From the NCBI GenBank assembly GCA_951406725.2, contig OX597817.1, positions 174,034,001 to 174,098,000 on the forward strand: DNA of 64,000 nt. The letters are read 5' to 3'. Position 1 is the first letter of the stretch. The number at the start of each line of letters is the position of its first letter. This document shows positions 1 through 13,726 of the stretch, in pieces. This stretch comes from Octopus vulgaris (Eukaryota). Below the pieces are notes generated by a model. The model searched no databases. It saw only the letters and a program-made list of their open reading frames with translations, and was not told the DNA's origin. The position numbers and the translations under genes were made by a program.

Positions 1-1156
1 CAACTCTCACGCAATGTCTAGACAAGGAAGAACACATACATATATGATGAACAATAAGCTTATTCAGTTTCAGTCTATCAAATCCACTCACAACGCTCTC
101 ATTGGCTCAGGTATATAATTGAAGACACCTGCCTGAGGTACTACACAGTAGCATACTTGAGACTATATGGTTGAGAAACAAATTTCTAAACCACACAGCC
201 ATGCCTGAGTCATAGAATAAATCCAATGGAATATGTACATTACAATCAATCATAAACTAACATTAGCAATTCATTAAAATTAGATTTGAAAATTATGTTG
301 ATCAGTCACAGGCTTGTTAATGGTGAAATTAAAGAAAGAAATTTTTTATGACTGAAACTGCTTAGGCTTCTAATGAAAAATGACATTAGACATTATAAGT
401 GCACATTTAAGACAGCAACATGTAACAAAGAGATTGACTGACTTGGCCTGGTCCTCTTTTATGTCTCATCTAATACTGAATTTGGACATAATATCTTAAT
501 ATCGTTTTCCAAGGAAAATCTTAGCAATTAATTCATTCATAAAAAATAATTTACATTTCATCAATAACCACCAGCCTTTCAATTGGTAATGCAAATATGA
601 AAGTTGTAAACTCCATGGGTCTAACTTTTACACCAGGTATACAAATACCACACATTCTGGTTGGTTGTACCTTTTGCAGTGCAACACAAAAAAAAAAAAA
701 ACCCAAAAAATTTAAAACATTCTTTTATCAAGAATTCTCTAAAATGAAAACAGAAGCCATGTTAAGAGCAAAAATATAATGCAAACTTAAGACAGGTATT
801 GCACTACAGCAATAAACTAAAAAACTGAATGTGGCCTTGGATAGGAGGAAACATGGTCTGAATTCAAAGGAAGGTAGCAAACTTCTTAACTACTGACCAA
901 TGTGTGTGTCTGCTTCTCTGTTGTACTGTCCATCTGCAAGGATTATTTTTACTGCTTTATAATAGTATTCCAAATATATTTTAATGATAGTACTGTACTC
1001 ATTCTTGCAACATAACTTTGTAACTTCACAGGTTGCTAGTGTTTATCTTTTCAACTTTGATAACATTTTCCCCTCCAGTTTTGATGTTTGCACATGGTGA
1101 AGGGAACCATTTATACAGCTTGATGCTGTGCTTTAATCCTTTTGCTACCATATATA

Positions 1157-1350
1157 AAGTTAATCCAAATAAGAAAGCACAAAAAAACACAACGCGAGGA
1201 CGTGGAACAAATATAGTATTATTGGACACTCAGGAAAGAAGGAGGGTTTAACGTTTCGAGCGGAGCTCTTCGTCGGAAACATAGGAGAAGAAAAGATCCA
1301 GAGAAGGGAAGACAGAGGAAAAAAATCGCCAACGGTACACACGAGGTTAT
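1157..1350 (-). mobile_element. Short non-coding insert with a hammerhead-like motif (Penelope/retrozyme-like)
   Basis: Splits the MITE at a TA-rich site; related copy in opposite orientation at ~29150-29365 and a truncated copy at ~43680-43745. Confidence 0.65.
1246..1280 (-). ncRNA. Minimal type I hammerhead ribozyme motif (U4C core variant)
   Basis: Minus strand GTTT-CCGACGA-A-GAGC-TCC-GCTC-GAAAC-GTT-AAAC: stem I GUUU/AAAC, stem II GAGC/GCUC, palindromic ACGU stem III, GUU triplet. Confidence 0.65.
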
Positions 1351-4300
1351 ATATATATATACTTTTTTGAAACACTGCTTTTGTTTCAGTTAATTTTGAA
1401 TATAACAAATTTCATGACAGTAATTTTGTCATAATTAAGCTGATGTTAATATGAAATTTTGATGGAAGGTTTTAGTTTAGATTGCTTGAAAGCAAGGAGG
1501 TTGTATCATAGATCTATGGGTAGTCTTGAGTTTGGTTGGTATCAAAAGGGTTAAATTTTAGGTCAAAATAAGAAATGTCATCTCAGTTGGCTGTGACAAG
1601 TGTAGTTATGAGCTGTGTTGAAAAGCACTTATGTTGACTTGATTAAAAGTATTTTAATTTTATTCTGATAGCTTCAATCAAATAAGCTTGTTTTCCTCTT
1701 GTCCATCATCAGATTAATTTATACCTGATAAACTCTTTTTTTTTTCTTCATTTAATCATAGCCATGTCTGCATTATTATTGTTAGTAGCAAAGTTTTTTT
1801 TTTTTTTATTTGTTGTACTGATGGCTTTAATATTTTATGGTGCAAACTAAGTTTGTTACAATAACTACTGTAGCTCTTATTCATTGATTGGATGTTCTTT
1901 TTTTTTTTTTTTTTATTCTACTATTTTTGCATTCAGACTGGCCAGATTCAGACTTTCACATCTACCCTACAATGTCATTCTAAAAATAAACACATCATTG
2001 GGATCATGAAGTTATGAGATTGTTGTACAATTAATTTAAAATAATTTAAAACAATGTGAATAGATAAGAATTACATTTGACAGTGTAATCTTAATGCTAA
2101 AGGTTTAAAGGTATGTCTCCCATTTGCCACTGAAAGAGAACTGTCTGCTACTTTATCCCATACTTAACTATTTTGTTACCATATTTCTATTGAAATACTT
2201 TATCTTTGTTTCAATTGAATTTTGAAGAGGTAGAAAATTTAGCAAAAATAACTTGTCATTATCAAAGTAGTGTTTTCAAATGTAAATTAGATTTTGGTGA
2301 CAAGTTCTAATTTAGATCACTTTAAAACAAGAAGTTTGTATTGAGTTAGTATAAATGGTTAATCGTCAGGAATGATCCTCTACCATTGAATCAACTTTGT
2401 CTGTTGATAGAGTTGTGAACTACAAGCTCATTGGTTTTCAGTTTCATTTTACTGCAGGCATTTTGTTGTATATTTGGGAAGTCCACATAATGTTGTGTCT
2501 CAGTTCACCTGTCGGGAACAGGTATAGCATGAACTCCTTGAATTATTACTAAACATTGACTTGCACCTATTTTACACTTCCAGTACCTTTCCATGGTACT
2601 ATATTTCTATTGAATGCCCCCTTTTCTTTGAACACCTTGTGTCTGCCATCAGTGCTCCCCACTTTAAAAAAAAATTTTTATGATCGTATGATTCATAGGG
2701 ACCAAGATTAGAAGCATGTAGGGGTGGCCCTATGTGCCTCTGTTCTTGGTCCCTGTGAATTTTCTCCACTTCTCCTCATCTCTCTATTTCTCATCTATCT
2801 CTGATTGTTCTCTGTCCCCACTTTTTATGTATTACCACCTATTGCCCCCTTGACCTGCTCTTATTTCCCTTACACTCTCCCAAACTGAGATTCATCATTG
2901 TCCTTGTTTTCATCCATGTTCATTCACTGTATTCACCTCTATCCTCATCTCTACTGTCAACTCACTCTCTCTTGAACCTATCTACCTACCCACCCAGTCA
3001 TCCTTGATTCTCTCACCCTGTACTCTATCTATCCATATTCTTATACCTGAGGGTATGCTCTGACTCCTCATCTCCACCATCCTTTGTTTCTTTCCTGCTG
3101 GGGTAGTCGTGTATTTATTTCCTCTACAGCAAGACACCTGTTCCTGTCCCCTGTCATATTTCAGCTGTTCAACACCTGCACAAAACCACCTCCCTCAATT
3201 CTACACCCTAATCTGTCAAAGGCTTTTGTCTAGCATCTTACCTAATGATCTCACTAGAGCTGTGCCACATAAAATCCACCCAATACACTCTATAAAGTGG
3301 TTGGAATTAAAATGGGCATCCAACCATAGAAACAATGCTAAAGTAGACATTGGAGCCCAATGTGACCCTCAGGCTAGTCAGATCCTGTTAAAGCCTTCAA
3401 TCCATGCCAGCATAGAAAATGGAAATTTAATATTCATGAAGAAGATTATGTCATGTACCTCTAAAAACTAGTGTTAGGCATTGACTTTTAAAGACACTTG
3501 AGCTTTGAGACATTTACATTTTGAAGAGTTATGTTATTCAGACAAGTAATTTTCAGTTGCAACTAATAATGTCTGTGGACTATACATACACAGCAGAAAG
3601 TGAACTAACATTGGCTGTGGACAGGATTTGAATTGATATTCAATCAACCAAAAATCTGATATCTTGTTTAGCTCTTTCTTTCCTCTTGGTATTTTTGATT
3701 CAATTTTTCCTTTTGTTAGCTACTATTGATTTAGATTTCCCCAGATTTTCTAATGAGCATTTACATTTAGAGAGATGTTCTGCCTCATATATCAACATAG
3801 CTTCATATTGACAGTTTTATCTTCATTTTGTCAAATATTGTTGTTTAAATACCTACAGATGATACCTAAAAAGCTACTTGATGAGTGTACTAAAGCTTAA
3901 GAAACTCTGTACTTGTACAAACAAAATTAACGGGACTGGTTTGTCATTCACCCATCCTATTATTCCTAAGAGGGCTTGACACTCTATTTTGGTCAGTTGA
4001 GGGAGCTGTCATGGTTTTGATATTAATAGGTCATTCTTTTGTTGCTTTATAGTTTAACTTGGTAATCCTCTTGTTAGCAGATAAAAAACACACAAAAAAA
4101 GCCAAAACAATTTGGTATAAATCTGAACTTGAAGTTATTGTTTGTCTCCATTTCACCAATCTATCTTGAGCTTCACTTTTTTTTTTTGTTACATTCATAT
4201 CATATATATTAGCAATGTTGCCACCAGGAATTTCATTATCTTCCAATTCTGTAGCATATTACATTTTCATTTAGTGTGAATTTTCCAGAATTTCTTTTCC

Positions 4301-4779
4301 AGATTTTTTCTTGTAATTCTAATTATGATTGCATCATTGCACGATATTGATGTTATTATCAGGATTGCATTATTTTCCAGTGTTGACATAATTGCTATGA
4401 TTGCATCATTTACCAGTGTTTATTGGCCTCCCAGAGATTTAATAGTAGATATGATGAAATAAAATGTTTGTTTATAATAATTTCCATTGTAATATTTTCA
4501 AATGCTTTCATATATTCTTAGATTTTTTTGATAACCATCAGATACACAGCTAATATTTTGTAGACATGCTTTTTCTGACACTTAGATTCCCTACAGACTT
4601 TTCCTTTTCATTTGTAAATATTAATATCAAGAAATAATTCAATAGACATTTCTTTGAGACAAACTTGTCTTATACAGTGGTTGTTTTTGTAATCTTCTTT
4701 AAGTGGTTTTGCCTAGAGAAAGTAGCTGTGCCTGTTACTTTCACAAGCTCTCCAAGACTGGTGAGATTGATGGCATTAA

Positions 4780-5700
4780 GTTGAAAAATGCAGAAAAAAA
4801 AATAGGTATAGAGGGATGATGCTCTGTGGAGGAAGGACTGGTGTAGCAGTTAATGTTAGGCCAGGCTGTTGGACACAGTGTAAGTTATAAGGAGAGATGA
4901 GTGAGTTAGGAATGAAAGAGGAGGTTATGAGATTAGTCATCCCCAAGGAGCAGAATTCTTAAAGTAGTGATGGGAAAGATTGAGAAAGGAAAGCATTTCT
5001 GTTGGCCTGTTGAAGTATTGTTAACAGTTGCACTATCCTAGACTTGGGTGCAGTACTCTATTGTATGGCTTCCCGATTGCAGTTAGGTGTGGTAATGTTT
5101 TCTTGGCCTTGACTTTACCGTTAATGGAGACAATTTAGATAAGCTGTCTTGGAACATGATTTTAATATTTTTGCTTGCTGAGTCAGTGTAAATTTAGCAT
5201 AATGTATCTAGGTTGTATGTGGGTGATGTTTGGGTGTGGAAAGTGAAGGAGGACTGAAGAGTGGTGTTAGCTACATAGGAGTGGGTCTTGTTGAAGTTGG
5301 TGGCAAGTGTGAAGGACAGAAGGAGATTTCCTTGGGCAAGGAGCCAAAAAGATCAGCTACAGTTTGAGATGTAAGTTATACAATGCACAGAGATATCCTT
5401 CACATTTTAGACAAGGTCCTTGCAGGAGTTGTGGTGCTGGGTAAGAGATATTCAGTTTGAAGGGTTTGGGTGATATTCTCCAAGTGTTCTTGACTGTGGT
5501 CTTTGCTTGAACTGTTGCAGAGCAGCTATGAAGGAACTACTTGGGGTTTTGAGTTTTGCTTGTCTATGGAGATGTGGAAGGACATGACTAAAAAGATGGT
5601 TTCAGTCACCCACCTGTTTCCGATGGATCAAGAGCAAAACAGATGCTGCTAGAGATAGTTAGGACACAACCAGTAGAGAGAGATCTGATAAGAGCTGAGG
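4780..5700 (-). pseudogene. Decayed Penelope-like element, region N-terminal to and entering the RT
   Basis: Minus-strand broken frames include PKEISFCPS (cf. KGLSFCP) and FNRPTEML (cf. RPIV..PTE); many stops and frameshifts. Confidence 0.45.
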
Positions 5701-6462
5701 GGTGGATGGGGTGGGAGCTGGGATTATTATTTTTGTTTCTTTTTTGTTCTGCATCTTGTCAACGTTTTTGAAACTGTTAACTGTTCCTCATTTGTGTTTT
5801 AACAGTTGAGAAGTCGCTGCAACTAAATAATATTCTGCTTCTTAGGAATTGTTATGCATCTCAGAGTTCTGTAATCCTTTACAGACGTACTGTCTGGTTG
5901 GCTTGGCTCTCGTTTATATAATCCCCATCACTTGTAATGTGATAATCTTACGTAATCAATTAACTTCATTTCTTGTGCAGAAGTAAGCTGTTGTTTAGCA
6001 GAATCAACACAACATCTGAGCAGATATGTTGTCGTGCTCCAGACTGTGAATACATTTCCTACCTGCAGTGATGCAGTATTTTTGGGCCAAGCACTATCGC
6101 TCTCTCTTTCTCTCTCTCTCTGTCTGTCTCTCTCTCTGTTTGTCTGTCTCTCTCTCCATTTACTTGGCATCAAAACAAATATGAAAAGAGAGAGAATGAT
6201 TTAATGCCGGAACTCTGAACTTAGGTGGTGTTTAGTGGTGAGATCAAGCACTTTTGAAAGTGAGACAAAAACGTCTGCACTTATGGTATGCAATCTGTCC
6301 ATAATGCTTAGACTTGCTCTGTATCTCTGTCGGGATCATTTCAATTAACATTTTGTTCCCTTAGATTTTGCCCTGTTCAATGAAAAAAATAAAAAGCCCC
6401 AAAACCCTTGATAGGATTAATTTGTTAACTTTATGTATGCAATGTCTGCAAAGTTGCATTAA

Positions 6463-7014
6463 TCCATTAGCATTTAGATTACTCCGTCAAATGTAATGCA
6501 TATTTATTACCTCTGCCTTAGCGAAGGTGGAGGCATTGTTTTCAGTCGTGTTTGTCCGTGGACAAGATATCTCAAGAACCACTGGATGGATTTAGATGAA
6601 ACTTTCAGGAATGTTTGGCCTTGTGACTGGCACGAACTGATTAGATTTTAGGATCAATTCGGTAGCGGACAAGGATTCTGGATTATTTTTCTTGTCTTTT
6701 TTTTTTCACTCAATTTTTGAGAGCAATCAGGTTCATTTTTAGTATTCTCATTTGTGAGAGCAGTCGAGTTTATTTCTGATATTCTCATTTTAAAAATCAT
6801 CTCTGGCTAATTGTTGAGAAGACATTGGTGTTGCCTTGGCGGAGGTTTGCACTCTCTGAGTGCTCTTGGTCACATTGTTTTGGGTTATCTTGTAGCTTTG
6901 AAATTTCAACAGAATGATGTTGTAGAGTTGCTTTGAGAGGATGGGTTTGACCAGTTTGAGTATAAAACAGGGAGACTATTTAGGCTTGATATAACTGGCT
7001 TAAATACTAAAGGG
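6463..7014. mobile_element. piggyBac-type MITE (family D) split by a HINE insertion
   Basis: TTAA at 6459-6462 and 7015-7018; ends resemble CCCTTTAGCATT/AATGCTAAAGGG; the empty-site sequence TATTTATT|CACATTG is interrupted. Confidence 0.7.
6509..6870 (+). mobile_element. Helentron-associated non-autonomous element (HINE/DINE-1-like)
   Basis: Subterminal inverted repeat ACCTCTGCC (6509-6517) / GGCGGAGGT (6838-6846), 3' hairpin GCACTC-TCT-GAGTGC (6849-6863), T-rich insertion site without a TSD. Confidence 0.75.
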
Positions 7015-7588
7015 TTAAAAAAGTACATTTGTTTATATGTATCCCTATGTCTCTTTAACTGAAAAAATTATGTTAAGAAAAATGAAGAGATTCATTGACT
7101 TATTCCTATTCAATAAATCTTTAGAAGCTATACCAAATCATTGGTGTTGGCTGGCAAGGTAGATTTAATCTTGGTAAAGCACCACTCCATTACAGTTAAT
7201 GTTTTCGGATTATCAGAGAATGACTAAGAAGTATGGAGAATATTTCTAACCAAATACATAATGAAATGCTTACACCTGGTTTGAATTTAAGGCCTTGTAT
7301 GCTTATCCAATTCTATATCCATTTATCCACTTAATTTTTGCATTCCTTCAAACAGCCACAAGTCAGAGAGATCTGCTCAATTTGAAATTTGGATCAGATT
7401 TTTGTATGAGTAGACATTTTTGCTAACACTAATGGCTTGGCTGCATTGAGGCAAACACTGCGAGGGGAGTCAGTAAAACATAAGAAAGTATGTAGTAGCA
7501 TGTGAACCAAAGATCACTTGATCTGTTGAAATGACTGACTTAGAATTATTTTGAAGGATGTTTCCTTTCCTCTAGGAATTGTCTAGAC

Positions 7589-7776
7589 TATTTTTTTTTA
7601 CCTGTGGACCCCTTTGATTCCTATTTTACTCAGATGGACCCCCATAGCAATTTGATGTTTAAAAAAAAAGCATTTTCATAATTAAGTATCAATAGGAATT
7701 TTATAAAAATAAAATAAAAATATTTTGTGTATTGTAAGAATGTAAGCAGTTTAATGCGGATAAATTTTGACCACTG
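7589..7776. mobile_element. hAT (Charlie-type) MITE
   Basis: Perfect 8-bp TSD GTCTAGAC at 7581-7588 and 7777-7784; right end ...GACCACTG; left TIR decayed. Confidence 0.7.
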
Positions 7777-7983
7777 GTCTAGACTGTTACTTTGAGAAAT
7801 ATTACTATTCATGTTGATGATGATGATGATCATAATCTTCATTTTAAGCCTGCTTTTCTATGTTTGGAATCCCTTCCTGTCACTAGCCCTCACCTATTTC
7901 CTCACAGCCAGGGATGTAAATGAGTGATGTTGCTTGTACAGTGACACATGATATCAAGACATACATACACTCACACAAGCACA

Positions 7984-8070
7984 TGTGTGTGTGTGTGTGC
8001 GTGTGTGTGTGTGTATATATGTGTGCGTGTGTGTGTGTGTGTGTGTGCGCGCGTGTATGTGTGTGTGTCT
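7984..8070. repeat. Imperfect (TG)n microsatellite; one of many (CA)n/(TA)n/(CT)n tracts, e.g. 27619-27698 (TA)n, 36548-36610 (CA)n, 51953-52056 (CT)n, 57650-57778 CT/GTCT
   Basis: Directly visible dinucleotide runs. Confidence 0.95.
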
Positions 8071-9429
8071 GTTTTAATGCCTTGGTATCGTGTGATAGTT
8101 GTGAATGTATTGTCATCATTAATTGTCCCCTTTTTCCAAATTGTGGTTGGGCTTTTCAACAGGAACCAGAGGGCTGTGGACTGCACTGAGCTTCAATGTC
8201 TTTGACATGCATTCTACAGCTGGATGATCTTTTTTTAATGCCAACCACTTTATAGAGTGTACTGGGTGCTTTTTTTTATGGCATAGCGCTAGTGTGGTTG
8301 CCAAATACTTGCAAAATAAGACACCTCAACTGAGTAGGTAGAGTTCTGAAGGATACGAAAGTATGACAGATGGACTGGAATGGGTATCTTGCTGAAGAGG
8401 TGGATACATGACTTCCCTAGCAGAGTGATGGTGCACGTACTTTTAAAGTACAAGACAAATATGAAAGAGAGAATTAGGATAGAAGAACAGAAGTGAGAGG
8501 ATAGATAAGTGCACTGGAGTGTGAAAAGAGAGTGACAAATTAAAGCTGGGATTTGAGGTGGATGCAGTTTGGGGTGAGGAAGTGAAGGAAATAGGAAATA
8601 TATACACATATACATCCATGTATATACGTACATGTTTAATGGGTTTCTTTCAGTTTCTCTCTACCAAATTCACTTACTAGCTCAAGGTGTTATGCAGTGG
8701 GATTGAACCTGAAACCTTGAGATTGGGAGGCACATTTCTTAACCACACTGCTACATAATTTATTTTATATAATGTGCTCAACATTTACTTTCCTCCCTTA
8801 ATCCATTTGTCCATTTTTATTCTTTCCTCTACAAATTTGAACATCAATGTTCTTTTTAAATTTACTCTTTTGCAAATATTTTTCATTTAAATGGAAAATA
8901 GGATGTTTTAAAAAGTAAAATGACTTATTTATTTCCTTGATATGAACAGTGTCATATCCATATTCTTATGCTGAATGGTTTGTAAGGCCCTTCAAATAGT
9001 TTGTTTGTCTGTCTCTCATCACTTACCTTTCTCAGATATCTTCCAGGTAAAAATCTAAATACTGCAAATCTAGTTTTGTCTTCCCATCATGCTCTGGTCT
9101 CTAGTACTTAGAAGGGATACTCTTAGTGTGTGTAGATTACATAAAAACCATCAGATTTGAGAAACATTTCCCCGTTCAAATAAATATATGTAATGTCAAT
9201 ATTTGTGCTTTGGAAAATGGCTCTGAGTAAGGTTTTAGTATTACACAAATTTTTAGAAGAGAATAAATATATAAATTAACAAGCTTTGTTGTAGGCAATA
9301 AATATTACTCGTTTCTTCTTTTTTTCCTATGAAACTGATTTTTTTCAGGTTACTGAGAAAAATATTAAACATTTCAATATGTGTTTTATGTCCAATAATC
9401 TCTATTGAAATCACAAATCTGACCCTTAA

Positions 9430-9650
9430 CCCTTTAGCATTTAAACCAGCCATATCTAGCCCAAATATTCCATCCACTTTATGTTCAAACTGACTAGGTT
9501 TGGCCTCTCACACCTATCCTACAATGTCATTCTAAAAGTAAACAATCCCATCTTTGAAATCTCAAAGCTACAAGGTAATACATGATGAATTTTTAAAAAT
9601 GTGAATAAATAAGCCATCACATTTGACAAAGTAATCTGAATGCTAAAGGG
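9430..9650. mobile_element. piggyBac-type MITE (family D), complete copy
   Basis: TTAA TSD (9426-9429, 9651-9654) and 12-bp TIR CCCTTTAGCATT/AATGCTAAAGGG. Other copies at ~1926-2108, ~14018-14177, ~35575-35787, ~57405-57643, ~58153-58323. Confidence 0.85.
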
Positions 9651-10354
9651 TTAAATTTGAAGCTTACCAGTAGAGATTAAAGTTACCAGACATGATGTAG
9701 CAGCTATGAGTTCAAGGCTTGCTATTTGTGTTGCACTGTATTCTTAAGCAATGTACATAACCCCTTCATGCACTGCTGTTGTCTAGTCTTACTGTGAGAA
9801 GCATTCGACTGTATAACATTGGCTGTGAATATTATAACTGATTAAACAAAAACAAAAGAGAAAAATTAAAGCTTGTTGAATTCATGTTTGCTCAAGAAGG
9901 GGGAATAATATAATACACAACATTCCTATGGTAACTTCTGAGAACATACACACACGGAAACGCATAGGAAACTTTATTTTGTTGTCATTTAGTCCAAGGT
10001 GGTCAAAAGTGTTTCAGCCACAACATCGCTTAACAACTGGTGTTGGTTTGTTTACATCCCCATAACGTAGTGGTTTGGCAAAAGACAACAATAGAATAGA
10101 TACTAAGCTTTAAAAGAAATGTACCAGGTCAATTCATTTGGTTAAAACGTTTTAGAATATAAAAGATTTCACTAAATATGTTTTTTCCATGACAGCAGGG
10201 TGTGATTTGAGGAAGGTTTGGCTGCTATTTTTACCAGGCCAAATGACTATGTAGAGGCTCCTTTACTAGTTTGAAACTTTAATGGTGTTTGTTACTCGAG
10301 ATGTGTTAAATCTATTATCTGGTGTGAAGAACATTGGGGAAAAATGTGAAGCAC

Positions 10355-10510
10355 AGGCATGGCTGGGTGGTTAAGAAGCTTGCTTTGCAATCAAATGGTC
10401 TCGGGTTCAGCCACACTATGTGGAACCTTAGACAAGTGTCTTCTACTATAGCCCTTGGCTGACCAATGCCTTGCAAGTGAATTTGGTTGATGGAAACTTT
10501 GTAGAAGTCC

Positions 10511-10543
<33 letters not shown>

Positions 10544-10715
10544 ATACATGCGTATGTGTTTGTGTCCTTGCTTGACTAGTGTTGATTTCTTTGTCTATAA
10601 GTGCCAGACTTTGAAAACACTGGGGTCAATTTGTTCAACTAAGCCCTTCACATTTGTTGAACAAGGTGGTGCTCCAGCATAGCCGCAGTCCAGTGTTTGA
10701 AACCAGTCATAGATA
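10355..10715 (+). mobile_element. tRNA-derived SINE family A (internal TA/TG microsatellite)
   Basis: Head GGCTGnGTGGTTAAG...GGTTCAG, body CAAGTGTCTTCTACTATAGCC...GGAAAC, tail CCAGCATnGCCGCAGTC; same family as 62257-62648. Confidence 0.8.
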
Positions 10716-12299
10716 AATGGTAACAGAATAGAACAAATCAACATTTTTGTTCTTTTTTTTGGTTTTGGTAGTTATTCATACATGATACACATTTCAACTG
10801 CAGTGTTTTGTTTAGTCCCTCTCTAGCTCTGCATCATTCTTACAATTTCCGTATTTATTCTTGCTGCAGTCTCTCCATGCATGTGGAACTGCTGGCAAAT
10901 ATCTGGAAGCACAAATTAAAGATCAAACCCACTTACCTAATTTAATGACAAACTTCTACTCACAGCACTCTTTGGCTTCTAATGTCTTAAAATCACTTGT
11001 GCCTTAACAGCGTTATGTCTCAGTGCTTTGCTGCACATTGAGCTATAGATTTTTAGCCAACACTATGTAATGCACCAGTTGAGGCAAACCAGTTGATGCA
11101 CCATGAGTCTGTAGCTGACACATAATGGACTTTTGAGCTTTATAATCAATATGTCTGTGAATAGGGAAAAGCGGAATTGACTGGACTAGTTTCAGTCCTG
11201 TTATGGAATTTCAGCAGTAACTATTGAGTTTTGGAATTTCAGCAGTGACTAATCATCTACAGAGACACTGCATATAAACCCACTGTTACTAAGGACTTTG
11301 GTAAATTGGTTAGACTTATTTGCATATATAAGGCATCTTGGCAGTTCAATTAATAAATTACTAATGTGTTGATTTGTTTCAGTGCTGCACTATAGATTTT
11401 AAACCATCACTTTAATGATGCATGTGACTACTTCATCTTGGTGTATCTTTTATCTTTTATGTGTTTCAGTCATCAGACTGTGGCTATGCTAGGGTACCAC
11501 CTTGATTTTTTATTTTTACTTGAATGAATCAACTCAGAACTTATTTTTTAAGCTTGGTACTTATTCTTTTGTTTTTTTTTTTGCCAAACTAAGTAACAAG
11601 GATGCAAAGACACACACACATAGATGCATGTACATATATATATATGATAATGATATATATATATATATATATATGATGGGCTTTTTCCAGTTCCCATCTA
11701 CCAAATCCACTTACAAGGCCTTGGTGTGTGTGTCTTTGTGCTTGTCTCTGACCATCGCTTAACAACTGGTGTTGGTTTGTTTACTTCCCTATAACTTAGT
11801 GGTTTGGCAAAAGACACCAATAGAATAAATACTAAGCTTTAAAAGAAATGTACCAGGTCAATTCATTTGGCTAAAACGGTTTCAATGCAGTGCCCCAACA
11901 TACCCACAGTCTAATGACCGAAACAAGTAAAAGATGAAAGAATTTAGTAAAATGGGAGTCCTTTTTAAGCTGATGTTTGGAACGTAAATTAACAAGAAAT
12001 TTTGATGTAAGGTTTTTTGTTTTTTTTTCTTGTTTAGTTCACTTTAAAATGGGGGATTGTATCAATGAACCACAGGTGGTCTCAGATTGGTTGATATCAA
12101 AAGGGTTTAAAACATCTCCATTCACTATTTTTGCTGGTATCCTGTTCACCTTAAAAAAAATAAGAGAACCTTGTAATCTACCATTTTCAAAAACCAACAT
12201 ATTTATTAACCTGGAGATATTCTTCCACTGTTTCAGTTTTAAGGTTTCTCCATTGATTTTTGCTTCTGTTACTGCTAAAATTTCTGCATTACATTATAT

Positions 12300-12507
12300 T
12301 GGTTTCAAATTTTGGCACAGGACCAGCAATTTTAGGGATGTGGACAAGTCGATTACATCAACCCCAGTGCTTGACTGGTACTTATTTCATCGATCCCAAA
12401 AGGGCCAAGTTGACCCCGACGGAATTTGAACTCAGAGCGTAAAGACATACAAAATGCCACTAAGCATTTTGTCTGGTGTGTGTTAATGGTTTTTCCAGCT
12501 TGCCACA
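12300..12507 (-). mobile_element. SINE family B (core resembling Meta/Sauria-type CATCCTTTCGGGGTCGATAAAATAAGTACCAG)
   Basis: Shared with copies at ~13327-13542 (+), ~34910-35120 (+), ~35140-35570 (-), ~45235-45445 (-), ~56720-57100 (-), ~59640-60430 (+). Core name from memory. Confidence 0.75.
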
Positions 12508-13726
12508 TTGTATTACACTATATTGTGGGCCTGTTATCTTTGTTATCTAAATGAAAATGATTGAATGAAATAAGAAAATTGGTTAAACAGTGTTGCATTT
12601 CATTTTTGTATTATTTCTTCAAGCATTAACTATGGTACTGTGTCCCGGGACATAGGATTTGTATGCTGTAAGGCCAGATTCCTTAAATGCATAGATTCGA
12701 GAAATTTGATGATTATGTAGTTTTAATTGTTTCTCGATTATACTGCCTGGGATTAATAAATAACTGCTTACAAACTTAGGTAGAAAATATAACTTAATGA
12801 GTATAATGATAAAAACACTATTTGCATACGTAGTAAAGATTGATTGGATTGTTAACCACACTTTTTGTGATTTCTTTTAAAACTGCATTTTCTCCATTTC
12901 AATATATCTTATTTTCTTGAAACTCATGAGATTCATGTCTTCGATAGAATGATAGCTTGATGTCTAAGCTGGGATTACCATATTGTTAGTTAATGCTGTA
13001 TGCAATGGCTTCAAGGTTTTTTTGCTATTTCAGTTGTAATTCTTTGTGTACAATAGCAACCATATCTTATTGTAGCATTTGAAATCTCCTGCCTTGAGTC
13101 TGCTGGTCTTTTGATTTGCTTAGTTCTCTGCCTGAGCTCCACTTATGGTATGTTTCTGTCAGTAAACCAGTAATAAATAGTCTCCCTTATTATATCCTTA
13201 TAAATCCCCTATAAATAACAGTTTAAAATTTCCTAACTATTAACTGTATGTTTTCTGATTTTGTTTTTAATATTACATCTCATTTGCTTCAACTTCTGAT
13301 TGAAATGCAATATTAAAAAAGCAAGAAGGCGGTGAGCTGGTAAATTTGTTAGTACGTCAGGCAAAATGCTGTGTGGCATTTCTTTCGGTTTTGCATTCTG
13401 AGTTCAAATTCTGCTGAAATTGACTTTGTTTTTTGTCTTCATGGGGGTAAATGAAATAAGTACCGGTTGAGCACTGGGGTCGATGTAATCAGCTTACCCA
13501 CTGCCCTGAACTTGCTAGCCTTGTACCAAAATTTCAAACGAATATTAAAACAACAAGAAATAAGCATGAGGAGCATGGTTAGTAGTTTGGAAAGTTTAAA
13601 CCACCTTCACACAGATTTTGATACTGTAATATGATGGTATAAATGACTTATTTTTTGCCCCCTCCCCTCAACTCCAGTCTTGTAATGCAAAGTTGAGATA
13701 TCTGGTTAGTTATTGTTTGTCTAGAT

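Larger units (their letters stand above)
1137..1550. mobile_element. piggyBac-type MITE (family E), interrupted by a hammerhead-bearing insert
   Basis: TTAA at 1133-1136 and 1551-1554; termini TCCTTTTGCTACCA / TGGTATCAAAAGGG; body similar to the copy at 18563-18762. Confidence 0.75.

Noticed and set aside
4020-4250. Possible further hammerhead unit (GTGAAGC...GAAATGGAGAC on the minus strand)
   Set aside because: Stems I and II do not pair convincingly.
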